Source: Planctomycetota bacterium
GTDB lineage: Bacteria > Planctomycetota > OFTM77
Reading direction: 5' to 3'
DNA length: 64,000 nucleotides
Assembly (NCBI GenBank): GCA_029260795.1
Contig: JAJDCO010000125.1
Span: forward strand, 39,866 to 103,865
Shown here: positions 56,746 through 64,000 of the stretch, in pieces
How positions within the stretch are numbered: position 1 is the stretch's first letter
Layout: each line of letters begins with the position of its first letter
Notes under the pieces: generated by a model
Database searches by the model: none
Seen by the model: the letters and a program-made list of their open reading frames with translations, nothing else
Told to the model about the DNA's origin: nothing
Translations under genes and position numbers: made by a program

Positions 56746-57022
56746 TCGTCATCGGCTTCGTCACCGAGGCGATGCTGAAGCGGGTGCTCGGTGCATTCGG
56801 CACACCGAGCTCGTAGCTCGCCATGCCGTAGGACCTCTCGAAGAGCACCTCGTTGCCTTTTGCGAGAAGCACGGTGCCGGAGAGATGGCCCGCGTCAGCG
56901 TATGGCTTCAGGTAGGCATGGATTCTCTCGGCAACATCCGGCGACGCGTCTTCGGCCTCTTGAGCGAGGATCGGTAGGGACGGGAGCAGAAGCGCAACCA
57001 GAGCGATCAGGCATCGAGTCAT
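56726..57022 (-). pseudogene. Truncated beta-lactamase / PBP4-family serine hydrolase N-terminal fragment (98 aa of an expected ~350-400)
   Basis: Signal peptide MTRCLIALVALLLPSLPILA, then GTVLLAKGNEVLFERSYGMASYELGVPNAPSTRFSIASVTKPMT (the S-x-x-K active-site helix). The frame terminates inside the repeat, and no continuation exists downstream in any frame. Confidence 0.5.
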
Positions 57023-57146
57023 GAGAGCCTCCCGAGGAGGGGGAAGTCGGACCGTGCGCGTGGGTACTGCGATACGGTACGCGGTTCCGACTCGGTGTGT
57101 GAGAAGGACACCGGTGCGGGGAGCCCGAACGACGGCACGAGCTCGA

Positions 57147-58331
57147 TCAGGATTTCCGGTCCGCCGAAGCCGCGCGATTCTTGGTGGCTCGACGCGGGGG
57201 CGGCTCGACACTCGACAGCTCGGCCCGACGGATCTTGAGCTTGAGCGACTGCTCGATCCGCTCGAGGCGCCAGGTGTCCTTGGGCTCGACCAGTGTCGTG
57301 GCAGTGCCTTTCTTGCCGGCGCGCCCCGTCCGGCCGATGCGATGCGTGTACTCGCGACCGCCCTGGGGCAGGTCGAAATTGATGACGTGGTCGAGCCCTT
57401 CGACATCCAGACCGCGGGCTGCGACATCGGTCGCGATGACCACGCGAACGGATCCGCTCCGTAGCTGTCTCAGCGTGTGGTTGCGTGCACCTTGAGTCTT
57501 GTCACCATGCAGCACGCCGCAGTGCAAGTTGTGATGCGAGAGCTCACGAGCCAAGTAGTCGGCCGTCCTCTTGGTCGCGACGAAGACCAGCGTTCGACTT
57601 CGCTTGCCCTTCTCGAGGAGCGCGGCCAGCAACGCGATCTTGTGGTCTCGAGTCTGGGCGAGGTAGGCCACCAGCGAGATGTCCTGATGTCGCTCGCGCG
57701 GGCCGCCGGTTTCGATGCTGTCGGGATCGCGCAAGATGTCGTCAGCGATCCTCTTCACTCGGCCCCCGAGGGTCGCCGAGAAGAGCAAGGTCTGTCGCTC
57801 TTCGGGTAGAAACGAGGCGATCTTCTTCACGTCGTCGATGAAGCCGAGGTCCAGCATGCGATCCGCTTCGTCGAGGATGAACACCTCGAGGCGCTGAAAC
57901 CTCACGCGGCCTTTCTCGAGATGATCCAGCAGGCGACCGGGCGTCGCGACGACGAGGTCGTGCTTCTCTTCGAGGCGTCGCACTTGATCCTCGATCGAAG
58001 CTCCACCGACGAGCGTCACGGCTCGCAGCTTCATGAACTTGCCCATGTCCAAGAAGACGCCCGCGACCTGCTGTGCAAGCTCCCGTGTCGGCGTCAGCAC
58101 GAGCAGGCGAGGGCCCCGCACGGCGACGCGGGCCGGCTGCAGCAAGCGCTGCAAGGAGGGCACCGCGAAGGCGACGGTCTTGCCCGATCCCGTCTGTGCC
58201 GCGGCCATCAAGTCACGCCCCTTGAGAATCACCGGAATCGCTTGCGCCTGAATCGGTGTGGGCTTCTCGAACCCTTGCCGCCGAATGCCGCCAATGAGCC
58301 GAGGGTCGAGCGAGAAGTCTTTGAACGACAA
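57147..58331 (-). CDS. DEAD-box ATP-dependent RNA helicase (RhlE-like)
   Basis: Q-motif, AQTGSGKT, DEAD, SAT, HRIGRTGRAG. Basic C-terminal tail. The likely start is TTG at 58331 (M-SFKDFSLDP); the in-frame ATG at 58526 adds 65 unlikely residues. Confidence 0.85.
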   Translation of the reverse strand: MSFKDFSLDPRLIGGIRRQGFEKPTPIQAQAIPVILKGRDLMAAAQTGSGKTVAFAVPSLQRLLQPARVAVRGPRLLVLTPTRELAQQVAGVFLDMGKFMKLRAVTLVGGASIEDQVRRLEEKHDLVVATPGRLLDHLEKGRVRFQRLEVFILDEADRMLDLGFIDDVKKIASFLPEERQTLLFSATLGGRVKRIADDILRDPDSIETGGPRERHQDISLVAYLAQTRDHKIALLAALLEKGKRSRTLVFVATKRTADYLARELSHHNLHCGVLHGDKTQGARNHTLRQLRSGSVRVVIATDVAARGLDVEGLDHVINFDLPQGGREYTHRIGRTGRAGKKGTATTLVEPKDTWRLERIEQSLKLKIRRAELSSVEPPPRRATKNRAASADRKS

Positions 58332-58762
58332 GCGAAGCTCCGAAGCGGGAAGACGGAGGACGATCGGCCACACGAATCGAATCAAGCAGATTAGCGAGAT
58401 CGCCAACGGAACGCCAGAATCGGCACCGCAAAGCCAGCGGCACTCAAGACCACCCAAAGGAACCACGCCTGAAGCTGGCGGCACGAGGGCCACCAGGGGA
58501 GAACCTTCCGCCGCGCCGCGACCCAAGCGACTCCCTCAAACCACCCGCCCCGCCGCACGTACCCAAGACAATCACTCTATCCGCAGCGCCATGCGGCCCG
58601 CTACCGGAGGTTTGGCTCGAGGCACGATCACGTTGCCGATGCGCTCGGTCCGCTGGCTCCGCCGAGCCACTCTCCGAACTTGGTACGCTCCCCTCCGCTT
58701 GATAGCTTGGTGGCCTCACGGGAAAGAGGTTGAAGTGCCACACCGAGTAGGAGAGCGCACCG

Positions 58763-59671
58763 ATGTCCGCAACGTATGAGGAGAGGGCACCCCAACCGTC
58801 TCGGCAGCCCCGCCGGGGCTTCGAGATCGGCTCCGTGCTGTCACGCGGCTTCTCGATCTGGGGACGCAATCTGATTCCGTTCCTTCTGCTGACGGCTCTG
58901 CTCCAGATTCCCACCTACGCGTGGAACTGGACGCAGACAGGCTCCGTGCTCGTCGCGCCGAACTTCCGCGAACAGTTCATGGAGCAGCAGCGGGTCGATG
59001 ACGCCACCACGGACTCGGGGGCGAGACTCTCTGATCAGCGCAGCCCCTGGGACCTGATGATGAGGGCCTTGGTGGGAGGATTGATCAGCTTGGTCACCAC
59101 TCAGCTCCTGACGGCGACGCTCGTGTATGGTGTCTTCGGGGAGCTTCGCAACAGGCGAGCCTCCATCGGCGAGTGCTTGAGCCAGGGCTTTGCTCGCCTC
59201 TTTCCGGCGCTCGGAGTCGCGATGCTGACGGGCCTGGTTCTCATCGCCCTCGCGCTTCCATTTGGCGCCCTCATGGTGATGATCCCCCTCTTCAGCATCG
59301 TTCTCCTTCCGGTGCTCTTGGTCTTCCTCGCCCTCGTGTACTGCGGCCTCTTCGTCGCCGTGCCGGCAGCGGTCGTCGAGCGACCGGGAGTCTTTGCAGC
59401 CCTAAGTCGCAGCTGGAACCTCACACGAGGCAATCGAGCCCGCATCTTCGGCCTGCTGTTCCTCCTCTACATCCTGATGTTCCTCGCCGGCGCCGTCGTG
59501 GGATTTGCGACCGGAGCGCTCGGGAATCTCGACAGGCTTTCGTGGATCGCATCGTTGTTCAGCCTCTTCACCTTCTCACTGTTCGCGGTGATCACGGCCG
59601 TCACCTACCACGACTTGCGCGTTGCCAAGGACGGCATCGACTCGGAGGAGCTCGCCTCGATCTTCGATTGA
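58763..59671 (+). CDS. Polytopic membrane protein of unknown function (DUF975/GPDPase-membrane-domain-like)
   Basis: Six or seven hydrophobic helices and no catalytic motifs. Confidence 0.4.
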   Translation: MSATYEERAPQPSRQPRRGFEIGSVLSRGFSIWGRNLIPFLLLTALLQIPTYAWNWTQTGSVLVAPNFREQFMEQQRVDDATTDSGARLSDQRSPWDLMMRALVGGLISLVTTQLLTATLVYGVFGELRNRRASIGECLSQGFARLFPALGVAMLTGLVLIALALPFGALMVMIPLFSIVLLPVLLVFLALVYCGLFVAVPAAVVERPGVFAALSRSWNLTRGNRARIFGLLFLLYILMFLAGAVVGFATGALGNLDRLSWIASLFSLFTFSLFAVITAVTYHDLRVAKDGIDSEELASIFD

Positions 59672-59677
59672 GGTGGG

Positions 59678-60562
59678 TCACCGGCGCGGGTGCAGTCGAC
59701 CTGTCTTCTTGTGCTCGCGCCGCTCCCCCATCAGCATCTGCGCCTCGAGCTGGGCGCGCTGCGCCTCGTAGAAGTCGGTCAGGAAGTCGAGAGGATCGAC
59801 GTCGAGGTGCGTTGGATCCCACCCGATCTTGCTCTGGATCTTCGCGCAGACGGTTTCCAGCGCTTTTCGATCTTGTCGTCGATTGCGGAGCACGTCCTCG
59901 AGGATCTGCAGCTCGTAGACTCCGTACACGCCGAGCTGAGCTGCGCTGAATCGATACCGTGGATCCGCGACTGGCGACCGCCTCCGACTTGCCGCGCCCT
60001 GCGCCAGCGCCACAGGAAGAGGCGACTTCACCACGAGCGTTCCGGCCACGAGATCTCCCACCCGCATGCGGTCCCGATTCAGCCAAGGCATGACCGCGAA
60101 GACGACGAGCCAAGCCACTCCGCACACGCGCAGCCATCCAGCCGCTCCCGGCCAAAGCGCGTCCGGAGCGGACACGACGACCAGCGGGCCGAGGATCTCG
60201 ACCTGCCGCAGGAAGTTCCGAGCGAAGATCGCTTCTCCCGACAGGGCTCCGCCTCGCCGATCGATGACGCGGAGTCCCAAGGCCCGCTTGCCGAGTGTCC
60301 GGCCCTGACCGCGAATCTCGAAGACGATGAAGTAGAAGTTCGTTATCAGGAACAGCGCCAAGATCGCGAAGGCCGTCCCGAGGGACTCCGAGCCCGCGAG
60401 ACCGCCCAGAAGGGCGGCGACGAGGCAGACGACGCCCACGACGACAACGTCGATCAGGAACGCCAGCAAGCGTTCACCCGTCGCCGAGATCTCGAAAGTC
60501 AGCGGCACTCCTTCGGGAGGCACGATCCGCCGAACTCGCCGCGAGACCGTGAAGGTGCTCAT
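59678..60562 (-). CDS. RDD-family membrane protein
   Basis: RDD-type architecture: ...GQGRTLGKRALGLRVIDRRG... between TM helices. ATG at 60562 overlaps the upstream stop in ATGA. Confidence 0.65.
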   Translation of the reverse strand: MSTFTVSRRVRRIVPPEGVPLTFEISATGERLLAFLIDVVVVGVVCLVAALLGGLAGSESLGTAFAILALFLITNFYFIVFEIRGQGRTLGKRALGLRVIDRRGGALSGEAIFARNFLRQVEILGPLVVVSAPDALWPGAAGWLRVCGVAWLVVFAVMPWLNRDRMRVGDLVAGTLVVKSPLPVALAQGAASRRRSPVADPRYRFSAAQLGVYGVYELQILEDVLRNRRQDRKALETVCAKIQSKIGWDPTHLDVDPLDFLTDFYEAQRAQLEAQMLMGERREHKKTGRLHPRR

Positions 60563-61581
60563 GGTGCCGGCTCCTCGGAACTGCCGCCGTCCCGATCCAC
60601 GAGCACGAAATAGGCGGTCCACAAGAGAGCCGTCCCGATGGCCAACGCGTACCGCATGGTCAGGCTGGTCACCAGCTGACGAAAGAAGCCCTCGATCAGA
60701 CCGGCCATCAGAAACAACAGGACCGTGCCGCCGACCACGCCTCCCGCCCGGCGACCGTGAATCGCCAAGCTCTCGAGCCGCGTCTCACGACCTGGGAAGA
60801 CGACGGCTCGGCCGATCGACAGGCCGGCCGCGCCGCAGAGCACGACCGCCAGCAGCTCCGTGATGCCGTGCGGTAGCAGCCACCCCCACAGATCCAGGCT
60901 CAGCCCGCGAAGATGGAACACCGCTGCCAGTGCACCGATGATCAGGCCGTTGTAGAGAAGCAGAAAGAACACGGGCAGCCCCGCAACGAAGCCGAGGGCG
61001 AAGCAGAGGATGCCCACCTTGGCGTTGTTCGCGAATAGCATCGAGGAAAAGGCGCTCAGCTGCTCCGTCTTCGGGTTCGATTCATACAGAGTCGACTCGA
61101 GGAGCTCCCGCGAAGCGGCCGGGTCGCGACCTGCGGCCATGTCATCGGACACGAACCCGTAGAAGCGCTCCGGATCCGAGACCGTCACGAAGAAACCGAC
61201 CGCCAGACCGATGCACAAGAAGGCCGCCGACCAGAGAACGGGCTGTGCCAACGCGCGCACCGCCCGTGGGTATCCTCCCCGCAAGTACCTCCAACACGCC
61301 TGCATCGGCGAACGCTTGTTCGAGTACACGCACACGAACGCCCTCGCCGAAAGGCTCTCGAGGTAGTCGAGCACGTTGCGATCGAGCGAGATCGACCGCG
61401 CCACACTGAGTGACGAGAGCGTCGCACGGTAGAGGCGTGGCAATCGAGCCAGCGCCTGCCGCGACAGCCTTGCCGGTCCCATCTGCTCGATCCGGTTGAC
61501 GGCACCCTCCAGCTCTCGCCAGGTCTTTTCCCGGTCCGCTCGAAACTTCTCACTGCGCAGCTCGATCGGAGGACGCGCCAT
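60559..61581 (-). CDS. SpoIIM-like / DUF95-family polytopic membrane protein
   Basis: Starts [27 protein letters not shown], then six TM helices. The start codon overlaps the DUF58 stop in ATGA at 61579-61583. The ORF track start at 62484 is a shadow extension over DUF58. Confidence 0.6.
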   Translation of the reverse strand: MARPPIELRSEKFRADREKTWRELEGAVNRIEQMGPARLSRQALARLPRLYRATLSSLSVARSISLDRNVLDYLESLSARAFVCVYSNKRSPMQACWRYLRGGYPRAVRALAQPVLWSAAFLCIGLAVGFFVTVSDPERFYGFVSDDMAAGRDPAASRELLESTLYESNPKTEQLSAFSSMLFANNAKVGILCFALGFVAGLPVFFLLLYNGLIIGALAAVFHLRGLSLDLWGWLLPHGITELLAVVLCGAAGLSIGRAVVFPGRETRLESLAIHGRRAGGVVGGTVLLFLMAGLIEGFFRQLVTSLTMRYALAIGTALLWTAYFVLVDRDGGSSEEPAP

Positions 61582-62897
61582 CAGAGGAGCTCCCGCCGCT
61601 TGATATCCAGATACCGCTGCACCAAACGCGGGCTCGCCTGATGAGGCAGAGCATCGAGGCAATGGACACCGCTCCGCCGTAGCCTCAGCAAGACGGCCTC
61701 CCGATCCCGCACCAGGTCCGCCGCCAGCACGGCGCGGTCGAGAGCCAACAACGAGTCCGGTCGTCGTGACGCCATCTCGGCCGGACGCGGATCCTGAATC
61801 GCGACGAAGAGTACGAGATGGCGGCGAGCGAGCTGCTCCAGCCGATCGACCAGAATCTCGGCGGTGATGGAATCGACGAAGTCCGTGAAGACGACGACGA
61901 GGGTGCGCCGCGGAAGCTTGGTCGCCAGCTGGGTCATCGAGTGCAAGTAGTTCGTCTCCGTCGTCCCATAGTCCAAGTGAGCGCTGCGCTTGCGCAGGCG
62001 AGCGAAGGCGCTGATTCCGCGACGCGGCTCGAGGTACGAATGCAGTCGCTCGTCGAAGCCACCCAGCCCGACACGATCCCCCGTCTTCAGGCAGACGTAC
62101 GCCAATGACAAGGCCGCTCGAATGGCGTGGTCCAGACGCGGCTGCCCCGAAAGGTGCTCCGCCATTTGCAAACCGGTGTCGATGGCGATCAAGACCGAGT
62201 GATCTCGCTCGGCCCGATGCTGTCGCACGAGCAAGCTTCGGTGTCGAGCCGAAGCCTTCCAATCGATCGTCCGCGCATCGAGCCCGGGAACGAACTCGCG
62301 CAAGGCTTCGAACTCGGAGCCTTCCCCGGTGAAGCGCTCGACCTTGAGGCCCGAGACGTCTCGTCGATCGCCTTGAAAGAGCGGGCCCAGCTCTCGAACG
62401 CCCGTCGTATCCGGCACGACCGTGATCTGCCGCGCCAGAAGAGAGCGCACCTGCCGGCGGAGGAGCCCGAGCGGCCCCGGCCATCGTAGCCAGACCGCCC
62501 GCACCTCGAGCTCGCCTCTCCGAATCGGAACGATGGAGACTTCAAAGCGCGTCTCGGCCAGGGCCTCGAGCAGTACACCGCGCGGCTCATCGGACCTGAG
62601 ATCGTCGTCCAGCTCCAGGAGTGCCTCTGCCGAGCGATGCCGACGCAGTCCGTTGACACGAACCGAGATCTCCGCCTCTGCTCGAGAACCCATGAACATC
62701 TCGCGAGGCAGCCGAGCATCGACGACAACCGGGCCTTCGGACACGAGCCACAAGAGATCCCAAACGATGAGCGCGACGCAGAGACCGAAGAAGATCGGCC
62801 AGGCGAGCCACAGGCGGGTGTCCCACAGAGTGGGAATCAGCGCGACAAGCAGTCCGGCGAGGAAGAGCCCAATCGCCCGGGGCGTCGGCGAAATCAC
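61581..62897 (-). CDS. DUF58-domain (vWA-like) protein, MoxR partner
   Basis: N-terminal two TM helices. ...[25 protein letters not shown]... is vWA/DUF58-like. Its ATG overlaps the MoxR stop in ATGA. Confidence 0.7.
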   Translation of the reverse strand: MISPTPRAIGLFLAGLLVALIPTLWDTRLWLAWPIFFGLCVALIVWDLLWLVSEGPVVVDARLPREMFMGSRAEAEISVRVNGLRRHRSAEALLELDDDLRSDEPRGVLLEALAETRFEVSIVPIRRGELEVRAVWLRWPGPLGLLRRQVRSLLARQITVVPDTTGVRELGPLFQGDRRDVSGLKVERFTGEGSEFEALREFVPGLDARTIDWKASARHRSLLVRQHRAERDHSVLIAIDTGLQMAEHLSGQPRLDHAIRAALSLAYVCLKTGDRVGLGGFDERLHSYLEPRRGISAFARLRKRSAHLDYGTTETNYLHSMTQLATKLPRRTLVVVFTDFVDSITAEILVDRLEQLARRHLVLFVAIQDPRPAEMASRRPDSLLALDRAVLAADLVRDREAVLLRLRRSGVHCLDALPHQASPRLVQRYLDIKRRELL

Positions 62898-63850
62898 CGC
62901 GGGGCCGGCACGCGCTCGACGACGTCTTCGAGCACGCCCTCGAGCGACACACCTTCGATCTCGGCACTGGGTGCCAAGACCAGCCGATGGAGCAGCGTCG
63001 GCTCGACGAGCGACTGCACGTCGTCCGGGATCACGTACTCTCGCCCGGCGAGCGCCGCCAGCGCCCGGGCCGCAGTGGCGATCATGTTGGCCGCCCGTGG
63101 TGACGCGCCGTGAGCGACGGAAGGATGCTCGCGCGTGGCTCGCATCAGGTCGACGATGTAGGCGACGATCTCGTCCGACAGATGGAGTCGAGAAATGACG
63201 CTTCGGGCGGCCTCGAGCTCGGAGCCATCCACGACCGGAGCAAGATCGAAGTCGTCGAGCATCGGCGAACCGGAACGATGTCCGTGGCGCCGCACGATCT
63301 CGATCTCGGTGTCCCGATCGGGGATGGTGATGCGCACCTTGAAGAGGAATCGGTCGAGCTGGGCCTCCGGGAGGGGATACGTCCCTTCGTGCTCGATCGG
63401 GTTCTGCGTCGCGACGACGAAGAAGCCCGGACCGAGTAGGTGGGTCTCGCCGTCGATCGTCACGGAGCGTTCCTGCATCGCTTCGAGCAGCGCCGCCTGG
63501 GTCTTGGGAGGCGTGCGGTTGATCTCGTCGGCGAGCAGCACGTCTGTGAAGATCGGTCCCCGGATGAGATGGAACTCGTTGGTTCGAAAGTCGAAGAGGT
63601 TGGTTCCCGTGACATCGCCCGGCATCAAGTCCGGTGTGAATTGAATCCGCTTGTACGACAGATCCAGACAGCGGGCAAAAACGCGCACGGTCAACGTCTT
63701 CGCCGTTCCCGGTAGCCCCTCGAAGAGGACGTGCCCCCCAGACAAGAGCGCCGTGAGCAGAAGCTCCAACGCCCGCTCCTGGCCGACCACGACTCGGTGT
63801 ACCTGCTCGCGCATGCGATCCGCGAGCTGCCGCACTTCATCGAGCTGCAT
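62894..63850 (-). CDS. MoxR-family AAA+ ATPase
   Basis: Walker A GLPGTAKT, Walker B LLADEINR, sensor motifs. 318 aa. Confidence 0.9.
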   Translation of the reverse strand: MQLDEVRQLADRMREQVHRVVVGQERALELLLTALLSGGHVLFEGLPGTAKTLTVRVFARCLDLSYKRIQFTPDLMPGDVTGTNLFDFRTNEFHLIRGPIFTDVLLADEINRTPPKTQAALLEAMQERSVTIDGETHLLGPGFFVVATQNPIEHEGTYPLPEAQLDRFLFKVRITIPDRDTEIEIVRRHGHRSGSPMLDDFDLAPVVDGSELEAARSVISRLHLSDEIVAYIVDLMRATREHPSVAHGASPRAANMIATAARALAALAGREYVIPDDVQSLVEPTLLHRLVLAPSAEIEGVSLEGVLEDVVERVPAPR

Positions 63851-64000
63851 CGTCGATCTCCGGACCCGAGACAGGGCTGCACGCTTCTTCTCTGAGAGGC
63901 TGTTCGAATCGAGACCGCGATCCTAACCGACCCCGAAACGGATGGCACCCGATCGATCCCCTCGCCTCGACGACGTTCAGACGTGAGGTCATGGGCGCTC

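Noticed and set aside
56690-56977. 95-aa + ORF (MSDLPPFSWTPWSCREHG...) starting in the 54-bp repeat
   Set aside because: W/R-rich and not conserved with the corresponding frame at copy A. It overlaps the better-supported bla-like fragment on the opposite strand.
60559-62484. 641-aa minus ORF as annotated
   Set aside because: The first ~300 aa overlap the DUF58 gene out of frame and are low-complexity. The real SpoIIM-like protein starts at 61581 (ATGA-coupled).

Overview
This window is GC-rich bacterial chromosomal DNA; codon third positions are overwhelmingly G or C. I estimate roughly 68% GC by eye, without having computed it. Many proteins are TPR-rich, secreted or polytopic, there are ECF sigma factors, and two genes end in ATGA; these are suggestive of a Myxococcota- or Acidobacteria-like genome, but this is not established. 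Coding density is high on both strands. Most long ORFs on the strand opposite a real gene are GC-driven shadow ORFs, listed under rejected. Genes I can support, in order along the window: a GAF-domain protein (partial), an M23 peptidase, an SGNH-TPR hydrolase, a formylglycine-generating-enzyme (FGE) homolog, a secreted TPR protein, leucine dehydrogenase, an ADP-forming acetyl-CoA synthetase, a secreted prenyltransferase-repeat protein, YjbR/MmcQ, a HIT-like GDP-hexose phosphorylase homolog, a patatin-like phospholipase, a rhodanese, a lipoprotein, TauE, two hydrolases, tRNA-Val(CAC), hisS, a TPR protein, an HTTM-DCC fusion, a roughly 1000 aa CarboxypepD_reg-repeat protein, an arylsulfatase with the CxPxR motif, flotillin plus NfeD, two tandem polytopic-TPR paralogs, two ECF sigma/anti-sigma pairs flanking a 2646 aa TPR giant, tgt, a truD fused to a roughly 420 aa Gly/Arg-rich tail carrying a 60 bp tandem repeat, an isolated rplC with its own promoter, leader and terminator, rlmE, a second SGNH-TPR paralog, a truncated beta-lactamase-family fragment ending inside a dispersed 54 bp repeat, a DEAD-box helicase, and a translationally coupled MoxR-DUF58-SpoIIM-like-RDD operon. 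I saw no CRISPR array, transposase, integrase or rRNA. The points I consider most worth follow-up are the truD-GAR fusion, the giant TPR protein bracketed by ECF pairs, the dispersed repeat at a gene-truncation junction, the standalone rplC unit, the low-GC FGE with an unknown N-domain, and the MoxR/DUF58/SpoIIM/RDD operon.
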